DNA from: Macrostomum lignano
Taxonomy: Eukaryota
Assembly (NCBI GenBank): GCA_002269645.1
Contig: NIVC01002540.1
Coordinates: 5,875-69,874 of the forward strand
DNA length: 64,000 nt
Reading direction: 5' to 3'
Shown: piece by piece, positions 44,306 to 56,153 of the stretch
Position numbering within the stretch: position 1 is the stretch's first letter
Layout: each line of letters opens with the position of its first letter
The notes under the pieces: model-generated
Told to the model about the DNA's origin: nothing
The model's database searches: none
What the model saw: only the letters and a program-made list of their open reading frames with translations
Translations under genes and position numbers: made by a program

Positions 44306-45472
44306 TTTCGGGGGGGGGCACCAGCGCTTTAAACAAGAGGTCTTCAAAGATGGTATCAAGGGGGTGCCATATGCTTTTGCCAGTCAATTGGGTGACCTGT
44401 ACTGCGTGGTTTGGAACAAAAATCTGGCACAATCTCTCTATCAAAATTGCATAGACACTGGATTTTACCTGTAGGTTCGACCAGAGAAGCGCAGGCGCAC
44501 TAGGGTAGCACCAGCTGCATCAGCCAGGCCAAACTGCTCATTTCTGGGCACCTGTGCCAGTCTGAAACTGGACAGAACTTCTGCTGTTGAATTTGACTTC
44601 CTTTTGCTGGATTTAGAGTCCATTGGATTGAAATAGCTGAGGATTGTGAAAGGGGAGACTCTGTTGATGTTTACCAAAAGTATATATTGCATATAATATG
44701 TTTTCTAGTCATAATTTTACAAAATATTAGTCTTCAGTGATTTAATTTAACAGAAAAGCACAATAAAATAAGCCTGGGTTCTTAAGTATCAGAATTGCAG
44801 AGCCATTTGGTATCAATTGAAAATTTCAAAATTAAATATAATGCTATGGCTCATATGGGGAAATTGCTGAGATTCCAAGAGTCAATTGGGAGTTGTTGAT
44901 AGGCCAAGCACCAAAGGGAGGCTTTGATGTCAAAGCTCAAAGTGGTGCTAATATGTAAGGCTAGATAGCTAGCTTTAGCATAGATGCTTTTTGAATTAAA
45001 CATCTTTTTCTTCAGTATATTAATAATAGTGAATATAAAAACCCAATAGCTATATTTAGTTTATTCAAAAAAATATCTAGTTTATTCCTTTTTTGTTGTC
45101 TACCTAATGCAGAGGATAAAAAAAAAATCATTTTTAAGTGTTAACACTGTATATTTTTAGTGCCAACTTGAAAAGAATTTAACTAAGAAAAAATGCATAT
45201 AATAACTTCATCTTGATAATTATATTAATAATTATAATAATTTTAAAATAGGGCTGAACCAACTACATATTGATTTCAGCAAAACTGGACTCACAAAGCT
45301 ACTACTAGTAATTTTGAACTTGTGCTTTAATATTTCTTTTGGTTTCTTATTAAAGATGTGATTGCCAGCCAACTTGGCTAATCTAGCTTGCAACAATGTA
45401 AGTTGCAAAAGGAATAAACAAAGTTATATTTTTGTCAAAACAAAGTTTTATGGTTGCTATAATTTCAGAGGT

Positions 45473-45528
<56 letters not shown>

Positions 45529-46289
45529 TCTGATTAAAGACTATGTGATATTTGCCTGATTGATTCTTTTTATAGCTTTTTGAAGTATTATAGATTAAAT
45601 TAATAGTATTATAGGCCTATTTGATCTTTCCTAAAGCAATCTTATCACTGGTCTATTACCACTAAGTTATAATAAGGCTTTGCTCTGCTGTTCTTATAAA
45701 ATCCTACTGCTTGTGCTAAGTTGTTGCAAATGCATTTTCTATTATGAAATATCCTTTTAGTTTTATTCCTATTCTATCATTAAACTGCTTATTAAACTAA
45801 AAAGACTATTGTTGGTACAATTTACTATTAGTAGTGCTAGTGCCCAAGTGGCAAAACACTACTAACTGATTCTATTTTCCAAAATTATTTTACTAATGAT
45901 TGATAGGTAAATTGATAGGCTTCTTTTAAGGAATTACAGTCTATCACAACTTATTAATGCATTATGTTAATATGTCTAAGCAACACACATATATTTCTTA
46001 GGGATTCTCAAATTTTTACCTAGCACTAGGCAATCTACCTTTTATACTCTTTATATATGTTTTATTTATTAGACACTTATTTTATAGGCAAAATACCTTT
46101 TTTGACCAAAACAGTCTTTGCTTTGCAATCACTACTTTAATTGGCATATGTACTAGGGGTATTCTACTATACCCCTAGTACTCTAACCAAACCAAACCTA
46201 GTACTCTAATCTAACCAAAACCCTCTCAGATCCTACTGCTGCCACCAAGTTGTACTAGGGGTAGAGATTATAATAAGATAAGAGATTAC

Positions 46290-46780
46290 AAAGATAAGAG
46301 GGGAGATGAGAGACAGAGGGGGAGAGAAGTTAGTTAGTGAGGAGAGAGGAAAGGAAAGAGGAGAATGGAGAAGGGAGAGAGTAGAGGAGAAGAGAGAGAG
46401 AGAGAGAGAGAGAGGGGGAGAGAGAAGGAGAGAGAGAGAGAGAGAGAGAGAGAGGGACAGCTGAGAGAAATAAGAAGAGAAAAAAGAGAAGAGAAAAGAA
46501 GAGAGATGAAAGATAAGAGAGTATACACAAGAGAGAAGAGAGGTGAGGTAAGAGATCACAGAAGAAAGGGAGAAAGGAGAGAGAAGAGAAGAGATAAGAG
46601 AGATGAAAGAGGAGAGATGAGGGAAGGTATGGGAGAAGAAGGGAGAGAGGTGAGAGGAAAAAGGAGAAAAGGTAAGAGGAGAGAGGAGAGGAAAGACAAG
46701 GGACAAGAGAGAAAAGAGGAAACAGAAGAGAAGATAGAAGTTGCAAAGGATTCAAGGGACATAGGGAGAGTCAGAGGCAG
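46290..46780. repeat. Polypurine (GA-rich) low-complexity tract
   Basis: Almost entirely A/G on the + strand, with (GA)n runs. Confidence 0.9.
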
Positions 46781-47649
46781 AGGCCAGAGTTTGCCAATAC
46801 ATGAAATCCTAATTTTATACAATTGTAGGCCTACTCCATTTTATGTTTACCTTATCCTACTAACTATTAACAAGTTTTTGTTTAAGTATGGTCCCAAATA
46901 CAATAATACATGCAAAAACAGTTCCACAGATTAGAATTCCCCAGGTTCAAAATCCACAGGTTTCAACAGCTTGTAATATGCAAAAGTGTATAGTAGTAGT
47001 AATAATAGTAGTTAAGTTTGGCTCAGGCAAGAAGCCTGTTTGGCCAGTATACATTAGTATATTTAATAAAAAATTCAAGAGTAGAAAGAAAACCCTATGT
47101 ATAAGTACAAGTTTTGCAATAATAGAGTATTTGAAAAAGTGCCTAAATTTTTCTGAAACTTCAAACAAGCTTTAACAATTAACAAAGCAAAAAATATTTA
47201 AGTAAGGAATTAAAAAACAAGTATTGTATGAACTTGATGTATAGCAATTCAATTGATCCTGTAGGTGATAAAAATGAGTATGTAGGTATTAATCAGATAA
47301 AAACAAATTTTTATTAAGTATGGTATTTGAATGTGTCTGGGATTTTTTTGTAGTAAATGTGATAATTTTAAATACAAGCAATTTAGACAAAAAGCAATCT
47401 AGTGTGGCCCCCTTCGGGGCGCCCAATAAGAACGAAGCAAAAATAGTTTATGGAAATCAATGAAAAAGCACATTTTCTTAAAAACTAAGTCCTTCATCAC
47501 TTTTAAAAATCACCTTATTCATTTAAAATTGTCATGGACAATAATATTTGCTATGAATCTCTTTTTTTCTAAAATTAACAAACAGACAAGAAAATATAGC
47601 TTTCACAAAGATCACAGTCATTACCCCTAAATAGAAAATATTCCCAAGA

Positions 47650-48190
47650 CAGCAAGCATCCCCCCAGTAGCAAGCACCCTCCTCCAAAAGTAAACAACCG
47701 CAGATAGCAAGCATCCCCTAATACTCCTAGCAAGTATCCACCCAGATAGCAAGCATCCCCTAATACTCCTAGCAAGTATCCACCTAGATAGCAAGCATCC
47801 CCTAATACTCCTAGCAAGTATCCACCCAGATAGCAAGCATCCCCTAATACTCCTAGCAAGTATCCACCTAGATAGCAAGCATCCCCTAATACTCCTAGCA
47901 AGCATCCACCCAGATAGCAAGCATCTTGCAGATAGCAAGCATCCCCCAAATAGAAGCATCCCCCGGATAAAAGCATCCACCCAGATAGCAAGCATCCCCC
48001 AAATAATGTAGAAGCATCCTTTCAGATAGCAAGCATCCCCCAAATAATGTAGAAGCATCCTTTCAGATAGCAAGCATCCCCCAAATAATGTAGAAGCATC
48101 CTTTCAGATAGCAAGCATCCCCCAAATAATGTAGAAGCATCCTTCCAGATAGCAAGCATCCTGCACATAGCAAGAATTCCTAAATAGCAA
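47650..48190. repeat. About 42-bp tandem repeats built on GATAGCAAGCATCCCC (two sub-arrays)
   Basis: Directly visible. Confidence 0.88.
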
Positions 48191-48239
48191 GCATCCCTGG
48201 ATAGAAATAATCCTATACATGTAGCCAAGCTTATCAAGC

Positions 48240-48825
48240 GCAGTAATTCTTGGCTATGGAGTGAAGTAATCCTTGGTTTATTAAGACCAATAATCTTTGG
48301 CTTATCGAGTGCAGTAATCCTTGGTTTATTAATAGCAATAATCCTTGGCTTATCGAGTGCAGTAATCTTTGGTTTTCTAAGTGCAGTAATCCTTGGTTTA
48401 TTAATAGCAATAATCCTTGGCTTATCGAGTGCAGTAATCTTTGGTTTTCTAAGTGCAGTAATCCTTGGTTTATTAATAGCTATAATACTTGGCTTATCGA
48501 GTGCAGTAATCCTTGGTTTTCCAAGTGCAGTAATCCTTGGTTTATTAAGAGAAATAATCCTTGGCTTATTGAGTGCAGTAATCCTTGGTTTATTAATAGC
48601 AATAATCCTTGGCTTCTCGAGTGCAGTAATCCTTTGTTTTCCAATTGCAGTAATCCTTGGTTTATAAAGAGCAATAATCCTTGGCTTATCGAGTGCAGTA
48701 ATCCTTGGTTTATTAATAGCAATAATCCTTGGCTTCTCGAGTGCAGTAATCCTTTGTTTTCCAATTGCAGTAATCCTTGGTTTATAAAGAGCAATAATCC
48801 TTGGCTTATCGAGTGCAGTAATCTA
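48240..48825. repeat. Degenerate 21/24-bp tandem repeat around GCAGTAATCCTTGG
   Basis: Directly visible, with an exact duplicated higher-order block. Confidence 0.85.
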
Positions 48826-49319
48826 AGTTTTGTTTTATTAAAGGACTAAATGTTTTATTAAAGGACTAAATATTTAATAAAAGCTTTTAATAAAAAATTT
48901 TACACTACTACTTTTAAACTACTTAGATTCGAAACCAGGTCGCTGCATTAGCAGTCTAGCTCTTCAGCTCTAGGCTAGCTCTCATCGAAGTTATCAGTGA
49001 ATTTGTACCACTTATATAATTCAACACTCATACCAAGTCAGGTAGAGTAAAAAGTCACACAAAGCAGTTATGACATAATCAATTTCTTAGGCAAGTCAGT
49101 ACCAGTGTCTATGAAAGTTAACAAATGGTTACGTAATATAAATTGGGTACTGCGCTATGCTTTTACACTCAAAGCTGTGATGAAATTCAATTGAGTGTCA
49201 AATTCAGCCAGTACACAGACGATAAATAAAGTGTAAATTGTGATGCAATCCATTTTAGAATTTAGAATTCAACTAGTCAGTTTTTCTGCTAGCATTCTTA
49301 CAATGCATTTCAAGTCGAA

Positions 49320-49470
49320 AGAGCTGCTTGACCTTTGCAAAAAAGCATGTTTTTCGAATATTTAATCCCTTTAGCATCAAGCAATTTCTTAGCAACGATG
49401 CATGTACCATCACGGAAAAATTTCTGATCGAATGGTGCAAATTTGAAGAAAATCAGTTGAGCCGTTTTTG
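49320..49470. repeat. Interspersed repeat fragment; second diverged copy at about 62570-62715
   Basis: Both copies share GCAAAAAAGCATGTTTTT...AGCAATTTCTTAGC...TACCATCAC...AATGGTGCAA in the same orientation. Confidence 0.7.
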
Positions 49471-49480
49471 CTAAAATCGA

Positions 49481-49516
<36 letters not shown>

Positions 49517-51439
49517 ACCATTCTTAGTTTAGACAAAAAAACAAAATGTTGATTTAAAAGAAACATTTTCTATTGAAACAATCCTTATTAAGTAGTGAAC
49601 ATACAATAAAAGATGCATATTGAACATATAAAATAAAATAAAACTTGCATTATTTCATATTTTTTTGTCATTTTATTTTCCATTGCAAAAAATACCAAAT
49701 TGCTAGATTTCATCTTAAATATTTGGTTTCTTGTGGTTTTAATGGTAGTTTTTTATTTAAATTGATGAAAGAATTGTTTTTTGCAAAATAATTACTTTAT
49801 TCAAAAACTTTTTTTCTGTACTAAAACATCATGATCTTAATTTGAGAACTATCTATATACCATTTTGGTATGCTGTATATATATACCTTGTATGCTAGAA
49901 GTTTTCTAGGTGTAAGAACTAAAGTTTTAAACCTTTATAGCACTCAAGTTTTAGCATATGGATTAGTCATAATAGTGCCTATAGTGGTACTGGTACCTCA
50001 TAATAAGTCAATTTTTGTTATTAGGCCTAATTAAAATTAACTACTAGTCAATAACAATACATTAATTATTACATTATTTAACACAAATTTGTTAGGCCAC
50101 AGCTGAGAAAGGGTCATCCCCTCCCCTCTCAACTGCGTCCGCCCTAGCTGCGTGGCAATGTTTGTTTGTAACTTACTGTAACAAGCTGTTTCTTTAATCT
50201 AGTTGGATTATCAGATTTCTTCGAAAAAGCATAACTTGAAATTTACTGGTATACTTATAAAGTATAACACGAGAAAAAATAAGAAAACACTCATCTTAGA
50301 TAATAAAAGACCTGATAACTCTCTGAATCATTTTGTCTAGAAATTCTTACTGTTTTAATTAAGATCGTTCAAGAAAACATGGCAAAGTTTGTGATAAGTA
50401 TGAACTATGAAGTTTTAAATCAAGGAAAATATCGTGAAAAATGGGCATGCATGCATGCATTGCATAGATGCAAGTTCATTGTGATGTGTATGTGTATCTG
50501 GCTGAGCCTGGCTCTGACAGATAGGGACATTGTAGATTATTTCTCAAAGGTTTGATAGTGATATTCTCAAAAGGTTTTTTTGTTGATTTAAATTCAACAC
50601 GACCAAGTGCTTTAAAATGAAAGCAGCAAAGCAATAAAAGAAAGCTTACAAACTCACGGGTCTCACGCATGAGTCACGCCTTTGAGCACTAAATTAACAT
50701 TAACACGTAGTAGGGTGTAGACTAGGTAGTATGTCTAAACTAGTTGCAATGCAATGCCTCAAATTAAATTAATCTCTAAAGTCTAGCACTTAGCTTTTCA
50801 TGTTTGTTAAAAAGCAGAATGGCTTAATTTTACTTGTAGAAATAATTGATTTTGATACTGTACACTCTTATCAACCCCTGCCCGGTGCCCCGCCTCACTC
50901 CAATGTACACTCTTATCACAGTTTATTTAATAAATTTATATTTGAATTGCAATATTAATATTGTTTCTAAGCAGTATTTAAATTGCATGGTCTATTGTTT
51001 AAATTTAATGGATATTTGATTTAAAATATAATTATAATTAAATTATGTATAGTTATAGTATAGGCTATAGCTACTAAAGTCTAGAACTAGATTTTAGATA
51101 AGTAAATTTTTGGCATCAATTTAGATCTAATAGATGGTAGCACTCAAATTGATTTCAGTTTAGTTCATTCTTCAATATTATATAATTGATTAATAAATAA
51201 TTTAGACTAGATACTAGAAAGAGCTTATATAAAAAACTAGGCCTAGGATATAATAAATCTAAATAGTATGCATACTAGAACTAGATCACTTGACTTATTA
51301 ATATCAAGAATTAAAACTTTTTATATTTTACTTTTAGAAAGTATATTTAAATAGACCTTACTAATTTTGCTTGTTTATTCTAGAGAAAATCTTGTTTATT
51401 ACTCTAATATTAAGTTTATACATGTGTAACCTTGGAAAT

Positions 51440-51595
51440 CACTTAGCCATTTCTATTGGCAACATACATGTAAGTTGCTATTGGCTGAGAATTGGTTAGT
51501 CTAGAAAAGACTACTATTCTATCCAATAGCAACTTATATTGCTTTTTGTTATTGCACTGTATGTTGCCAATAGAAACAACTAGGTGAATCCCTAG
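51440..51595. repeat. Small hairpin/MITE-like inverted repeat
   Basis: TTTCTATTGGCAACATACA pairs with TGTATGTTGCCAATAGAAA, and TAAGTTGCTATTGG pairs with CCAATAGCAACTTA. Confidence 0.65.
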
Positions 51596-52100
51596 GTTGT
51601 GCCCAAATATGATTTAGTTTTTTATAAGTCTACCTTGAAATTTTTTTAAATACAACTTTTGAATTTAAATAAGTTATTAAATGACTGCACTTAGCCAATC
51701 ATTATCACTACTTATGCTATTTTGTTTAGCTGAGGAATTCCCATATAATTGACTCTATATTAATATTGTGGCTGGGGCCAAATTATAACAAATAGCTCTT
51801 TAACTATGAGTATAGTAGACAAAATGCAAATATGCTAGAGAAAGCTAGTTCCCTAATCCCTTGTTATGGACACTAGCTTTGGTATATTGGTATATGTTTT
51901 TTATCTATACTAAATGGCTATCAGCAAAAATATCATTTGGCTATAATTGGGTAAAAAACATGAAAATATTATAAGTGGGCTATGTCTAGGCATAGTTGGG
52001 ATCTAGTAAACATTGAATGGGACTTCACTATTAATCGTGAGATGGACCAATATGACAGCTGATTTAATGCATGCTTGCTTTATCTGAACCTCTAAAGGCC

Positions 52101-53981
52101 ATGATTAAGGCGATCCTCATATTCAACAACCATGGCAAGCCGCGCCTCACCAAGTTCTACATGCACTATGCGGAGGATGAGCAGCAGCAGGTGATTCGTG
52201 AAACCTTCCAACTAGTCTCTAAGCGCGACGACAATGTCTGCAATTTTCTTGAGGGAGGCACCCTGATTGGTGGGCAAGACTATCGGCTCATCTATCGCCA
52301 CTATGCCACGCTGTACTTTGTGTTCTGCGTGGACTCATCCGAGTCCGAGCTGGGCATCCTCGATCTTATCCAGGTGTTTGTAGAGACGCTGGATAAGTGC
52401 TTCGAGAATGTGTGCGAGCTCGATCTGATCTTTCACATGGATAGGGTGCATTGCATACTGAATGAGCTGGTGATGGGCGGCATGGTGCTCGAGACCAATA
52501 TGAACGAGATTGTGGCCAGGTAAGGGAGTCCTAGCATCTTTCAATAGTTGAACAACCAAAGTGGGGAAATTCTCCCATCAGACTGTCGGGTGCCATTTTC
52601 AAGGTGTCAAACCCAAGCAAACTAAAAGCAACAGAAACACTTGAATTTTTTTATGTTAACAGTAGGAATACCATAGGAAGCCATTTTTCTGCCCGTCGAA
52701 CTACCAGGGATCCCCCTGACAAATTTTTTGCTGCGACAGACGGAGCAATGCAGGTACACGAAATTTAAGACCGTTGCGCACCTTCTCAAACAAGAATCAG
52801 GTCGCCAGCCCTCCGGACCGTCGAGATATTCAACAATTCTGCCAGAAGGTCGGATTTTTTCCATTAACGCTATGCGCCAATCAGCACTGCGCCTCAGTGC
52901 GGCCTTCCCAGGCCTCCAAATTTCATCACCACGTCGACCACATGTGTCTGCATCAGCTCTGACTTCGTTAGTCACTGGCCTTCACCCAGGCGGAGCTTCT
53001 GGACCTTTAACAGGTGGCACCAGGTGACTATAGAAACTTTATTGCGAATTTCTCTAATTTCTCTGATCAAGCCTGGACGGTGAGCAAACCTCAACTGCTG
53101 AACAACCTCAGCTAGGCTCTCAAGCATTCCGTCACCATCGCGACGCCGTAGGCACCTTCAGCAGATGACATCAGAGGATTATGAACAATTAAATAATTAA
53201 ATTACAGTGAGTAGCAATACCTTAGTATCTATATTACGTTTATATAAGCCTAAGATTAATTATAGTCATCTTTATCCGATTGCATTTGGATGACGAATAA
53301 ATGTCTAAGTTGACTATTTGAGAACACCTAGCAGCTGAGGTTTGTCCACTGTTGAGGCTTGATTAGCGAGCGATTATAGAGAAGTTCGCAACAGGGTACA
53401 TAGTCACCTGGTGCAATCTGTCGGATGTCCAGAAGCTCCCTCTGGGTGAAGACCAGTGATCAGCAAAGCCAGAGCTGATGCAGGCACATGTGGTCGGCGT
53501 GTTGATAAAATTTGGAGGCTTGGCAAGGCTGCACTGAGACGCAGTGCTGATTGGCGCACAGGGGTGTACTGATACTGAATCAGACCTTGTGGCAGAATCG
53601 TCAAATATCTCGACGTTCCGGAAGACTGGCGACGTGATTTTTGTTTGAGAAGATGCGCAACAAAAAGTTAGTCCGTCCGTGTTCTCGAATTTCGCGTGTC
53701 TGCGTTGCTCTGTTCCGGCGCAGCAAAAAATATTTTCAAGGTAGTTCTACCGCTAAAACCCTAGTACTATGTCAGTGCATGCTGATGGTGAGCATCACAA
53801 TATCGCCTTCCATCACCGGTCCCAAAGGTTCGAAGAGCAGCAGAAGTTGCAGAAGTCAGAATCCGGCTTCAGCGCGATGCCGAATCGAGCGGTCTCCACT
53901 GTTCGGGACATGAATCTGTCGCAGAAGCTGCGCGATATAAAGATACCCGACATGCCGTCATTTTCTTCGCTGTACCAGTAG
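52101..53981 (+). CDS. AP3S: AP-3 adaptor complex sigma subunit
   Basis: Exon 52101-52519 (MIKAILIFNNHGKPRL...YRHYATLYFVFCVDSSESELGILDLIQVFVETLDKCFENVCELDLIFH) and exon 53828-53981 (KLQKSESGFSAMPNRAVSTVRDMNL...*), phase-compatible GT-AG. Confidence 0.95.
52660..53760. mobile_element. Old foldback/MITE element in the AP3S intron with diverged inverted arms of about 380 bp
   Basis: About 52685-53065 pairs with about 53375-53750 (e.g. GCGCCAATCAGCACTGCG / CGCAGTGCTGATTGGCGC). A reversed terminal fragment of the same family occurs at about 10210-10295. Confidence 0.75.
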
Positions 53982-56153
53982 TTGGCGTTGAATGACTTGA
54001 ACCATGTACCTTATGATGGTGTACCTACAAGAATCCATTTATAGTGTTCAGATTTTTCAATGCGATTTTAACGAAGGAGCAAAGTTGTAAATTCTGGGGC
54101 AAGTTTTTATAACAACTCAGGACGTTCACTCGCGAATGGTGGAAATTCTAGGAAAGGCCGCTCGTGCCTGCTTTAGATATGTCTATGGCACTGAAGCCTT
54201 TCGATAAAGAAGCAAATGTTTTATATATATTAAAAAATGACACCGAGGTCTCATTGCCATAGACATGGAGTTACTTCGGGTGACTACAGTCTATGGATTA
54301 TTGACTAGGGAAAGTTCAATACAAAATTCCAGTCATTGATTCTCTGAAAAAAATTATTGTCAGTCAGTCAGTCTGGAAAAGACGGTGACAATTGGATGGA
54401 TCGTGTTCCTATTTCTATTACAATAGCAGCAAACATTTGAATCAATCGAGCATGTATTATTTCCAATAAATTTCTTGCCTCACAAAGTGTAGTTATATCA
54501 ATATTTGGCAACGAGTTGGCTTGTCAATGCTTCAATTTTGCGCTCAATGGATTCAATTGGTTGCTCACTTGCTTGACACAGTTTTTACCAAGTGCAGACT
54601 ATATAGACAACAATTGTTTTTTATTTGCCTGCCCGTTCCGGCCTACCCAACTTCTGCTCACAAATCTGAGAAGGCATGCCCAGAGCCAAAAAACACATTT
54701 GAAAATTTATCGAAGAACACATTTCTACATTTGTTTTGCAGCTGTTTGTGCTTTGCATTACGAGTAGCGTACGCGAATAAAAGAGATATTTCTTGAATTG
54801 CTGGACATTCCGGAGGCTGTCATATTGACTGGATACGGAAATCCCTTTTAAATTCAACAAGCCAATAAGGAAACGCTCGAGTTCGTTAATTTTACTCTTA
54901 ACGGTATAATTGTTATGAATATAACAGACAGAAAACTGCTAATAAACGCACATCGTAAAATTGTATTTTTTGCTGGTTTTATATAGCGCGGAGTTAAATA
55001 GTAAGAATCATAGTAATGATATAATTAAAAACAATAATACAATACAGTACGTGCGAGGAAACCACACAGTCCAATATAAGCGGATGAGGGTGCTGAAGCA
55101 GCAAGCGAAGTTGAAAAAAAAGCAAAGAAAAAAGCAGAGAAGACAAACAAAAGAACGGATTTCGGAATCTACACTCGCAGAGCAGCTTAGCAACAGATAT
55201 GGAGAGGGAGGGGAGACAACAGAAAAGCAGCAAAGCAGAAGCTGGGACGGGGAGACGGACGACTTTATACATAAAACGTTAAGCAAAGCTGTTAGATGTA
55301 TAGAAGTGTATATCTAATTTTTTTGAGGACAAATCTACAAAAAGGTAACCTAGCGCAGTTGAGTAAATAAATGTAGATTAAATAAATATTGTGCATTTTT
55401 ATGCTAAGCTGAAATGACCATGAAATCAATAAGAAATAATTTTAAACTTATAATATAGAGAACAGATGGCAAAACACCAAAGCATGACGGAAACGAGGCT
55501 GTATTGTTGCCGAAATAAAAATTGTGCGAGTTCTAAACAAATAAGCAGTGTGTGACAATAGCGCCACACAAACAGCTTATATTAGTACGTGTGTATGTAC
55601 AGGCAGGTATATATGCATATATTATATCAACTATATATATATCAGTGGGATCGAATCAGCTGCCGCAGGCCCCGCTGCCCCGGAGGCGGGGAGGATATGG
55701 GGGAGTAGATGGAGTTAGCGAAAAATGATTTAAAAAAAGCAGACGAGCTCTGCGATGACAAAATCACTAAAAAAAGTCATTTGTATATATGTACAGGCTA
55801 CATAACCGCACACGGTTTGACTAGGAACAGATCTGCTGTGCGAGTGATTTTGTGACAACAAACACTTTTTTATTACTGATAGTAATCGCGCACGAAACTA
55901 GCAATAAATTTATATATATATTAAAAAATCGTTTTTATGCTAAAAAAATTCTACAGGGGCTCCGCACCTCCTATTTACAGATAGTCTGAAGTCGACACCA
56001 CAAACAGAATAGAAAGCGGAAACAAATAGAAATTATTGGGGCAGCTAAGTGAACAATCCAGCTCTAGAGGAGCGTTATAAAGACTTGGGAGAGGCCGATT
56101 TGACTTCCTTCAACTGCCCAGTCAACGGCTATATTAAGAGATTCTTATTACAG

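Noticed and set aside
46233-46934. Hydrophobic or charged ORFs
   Set aside because: They come from a GA-rich low-complexity tract.
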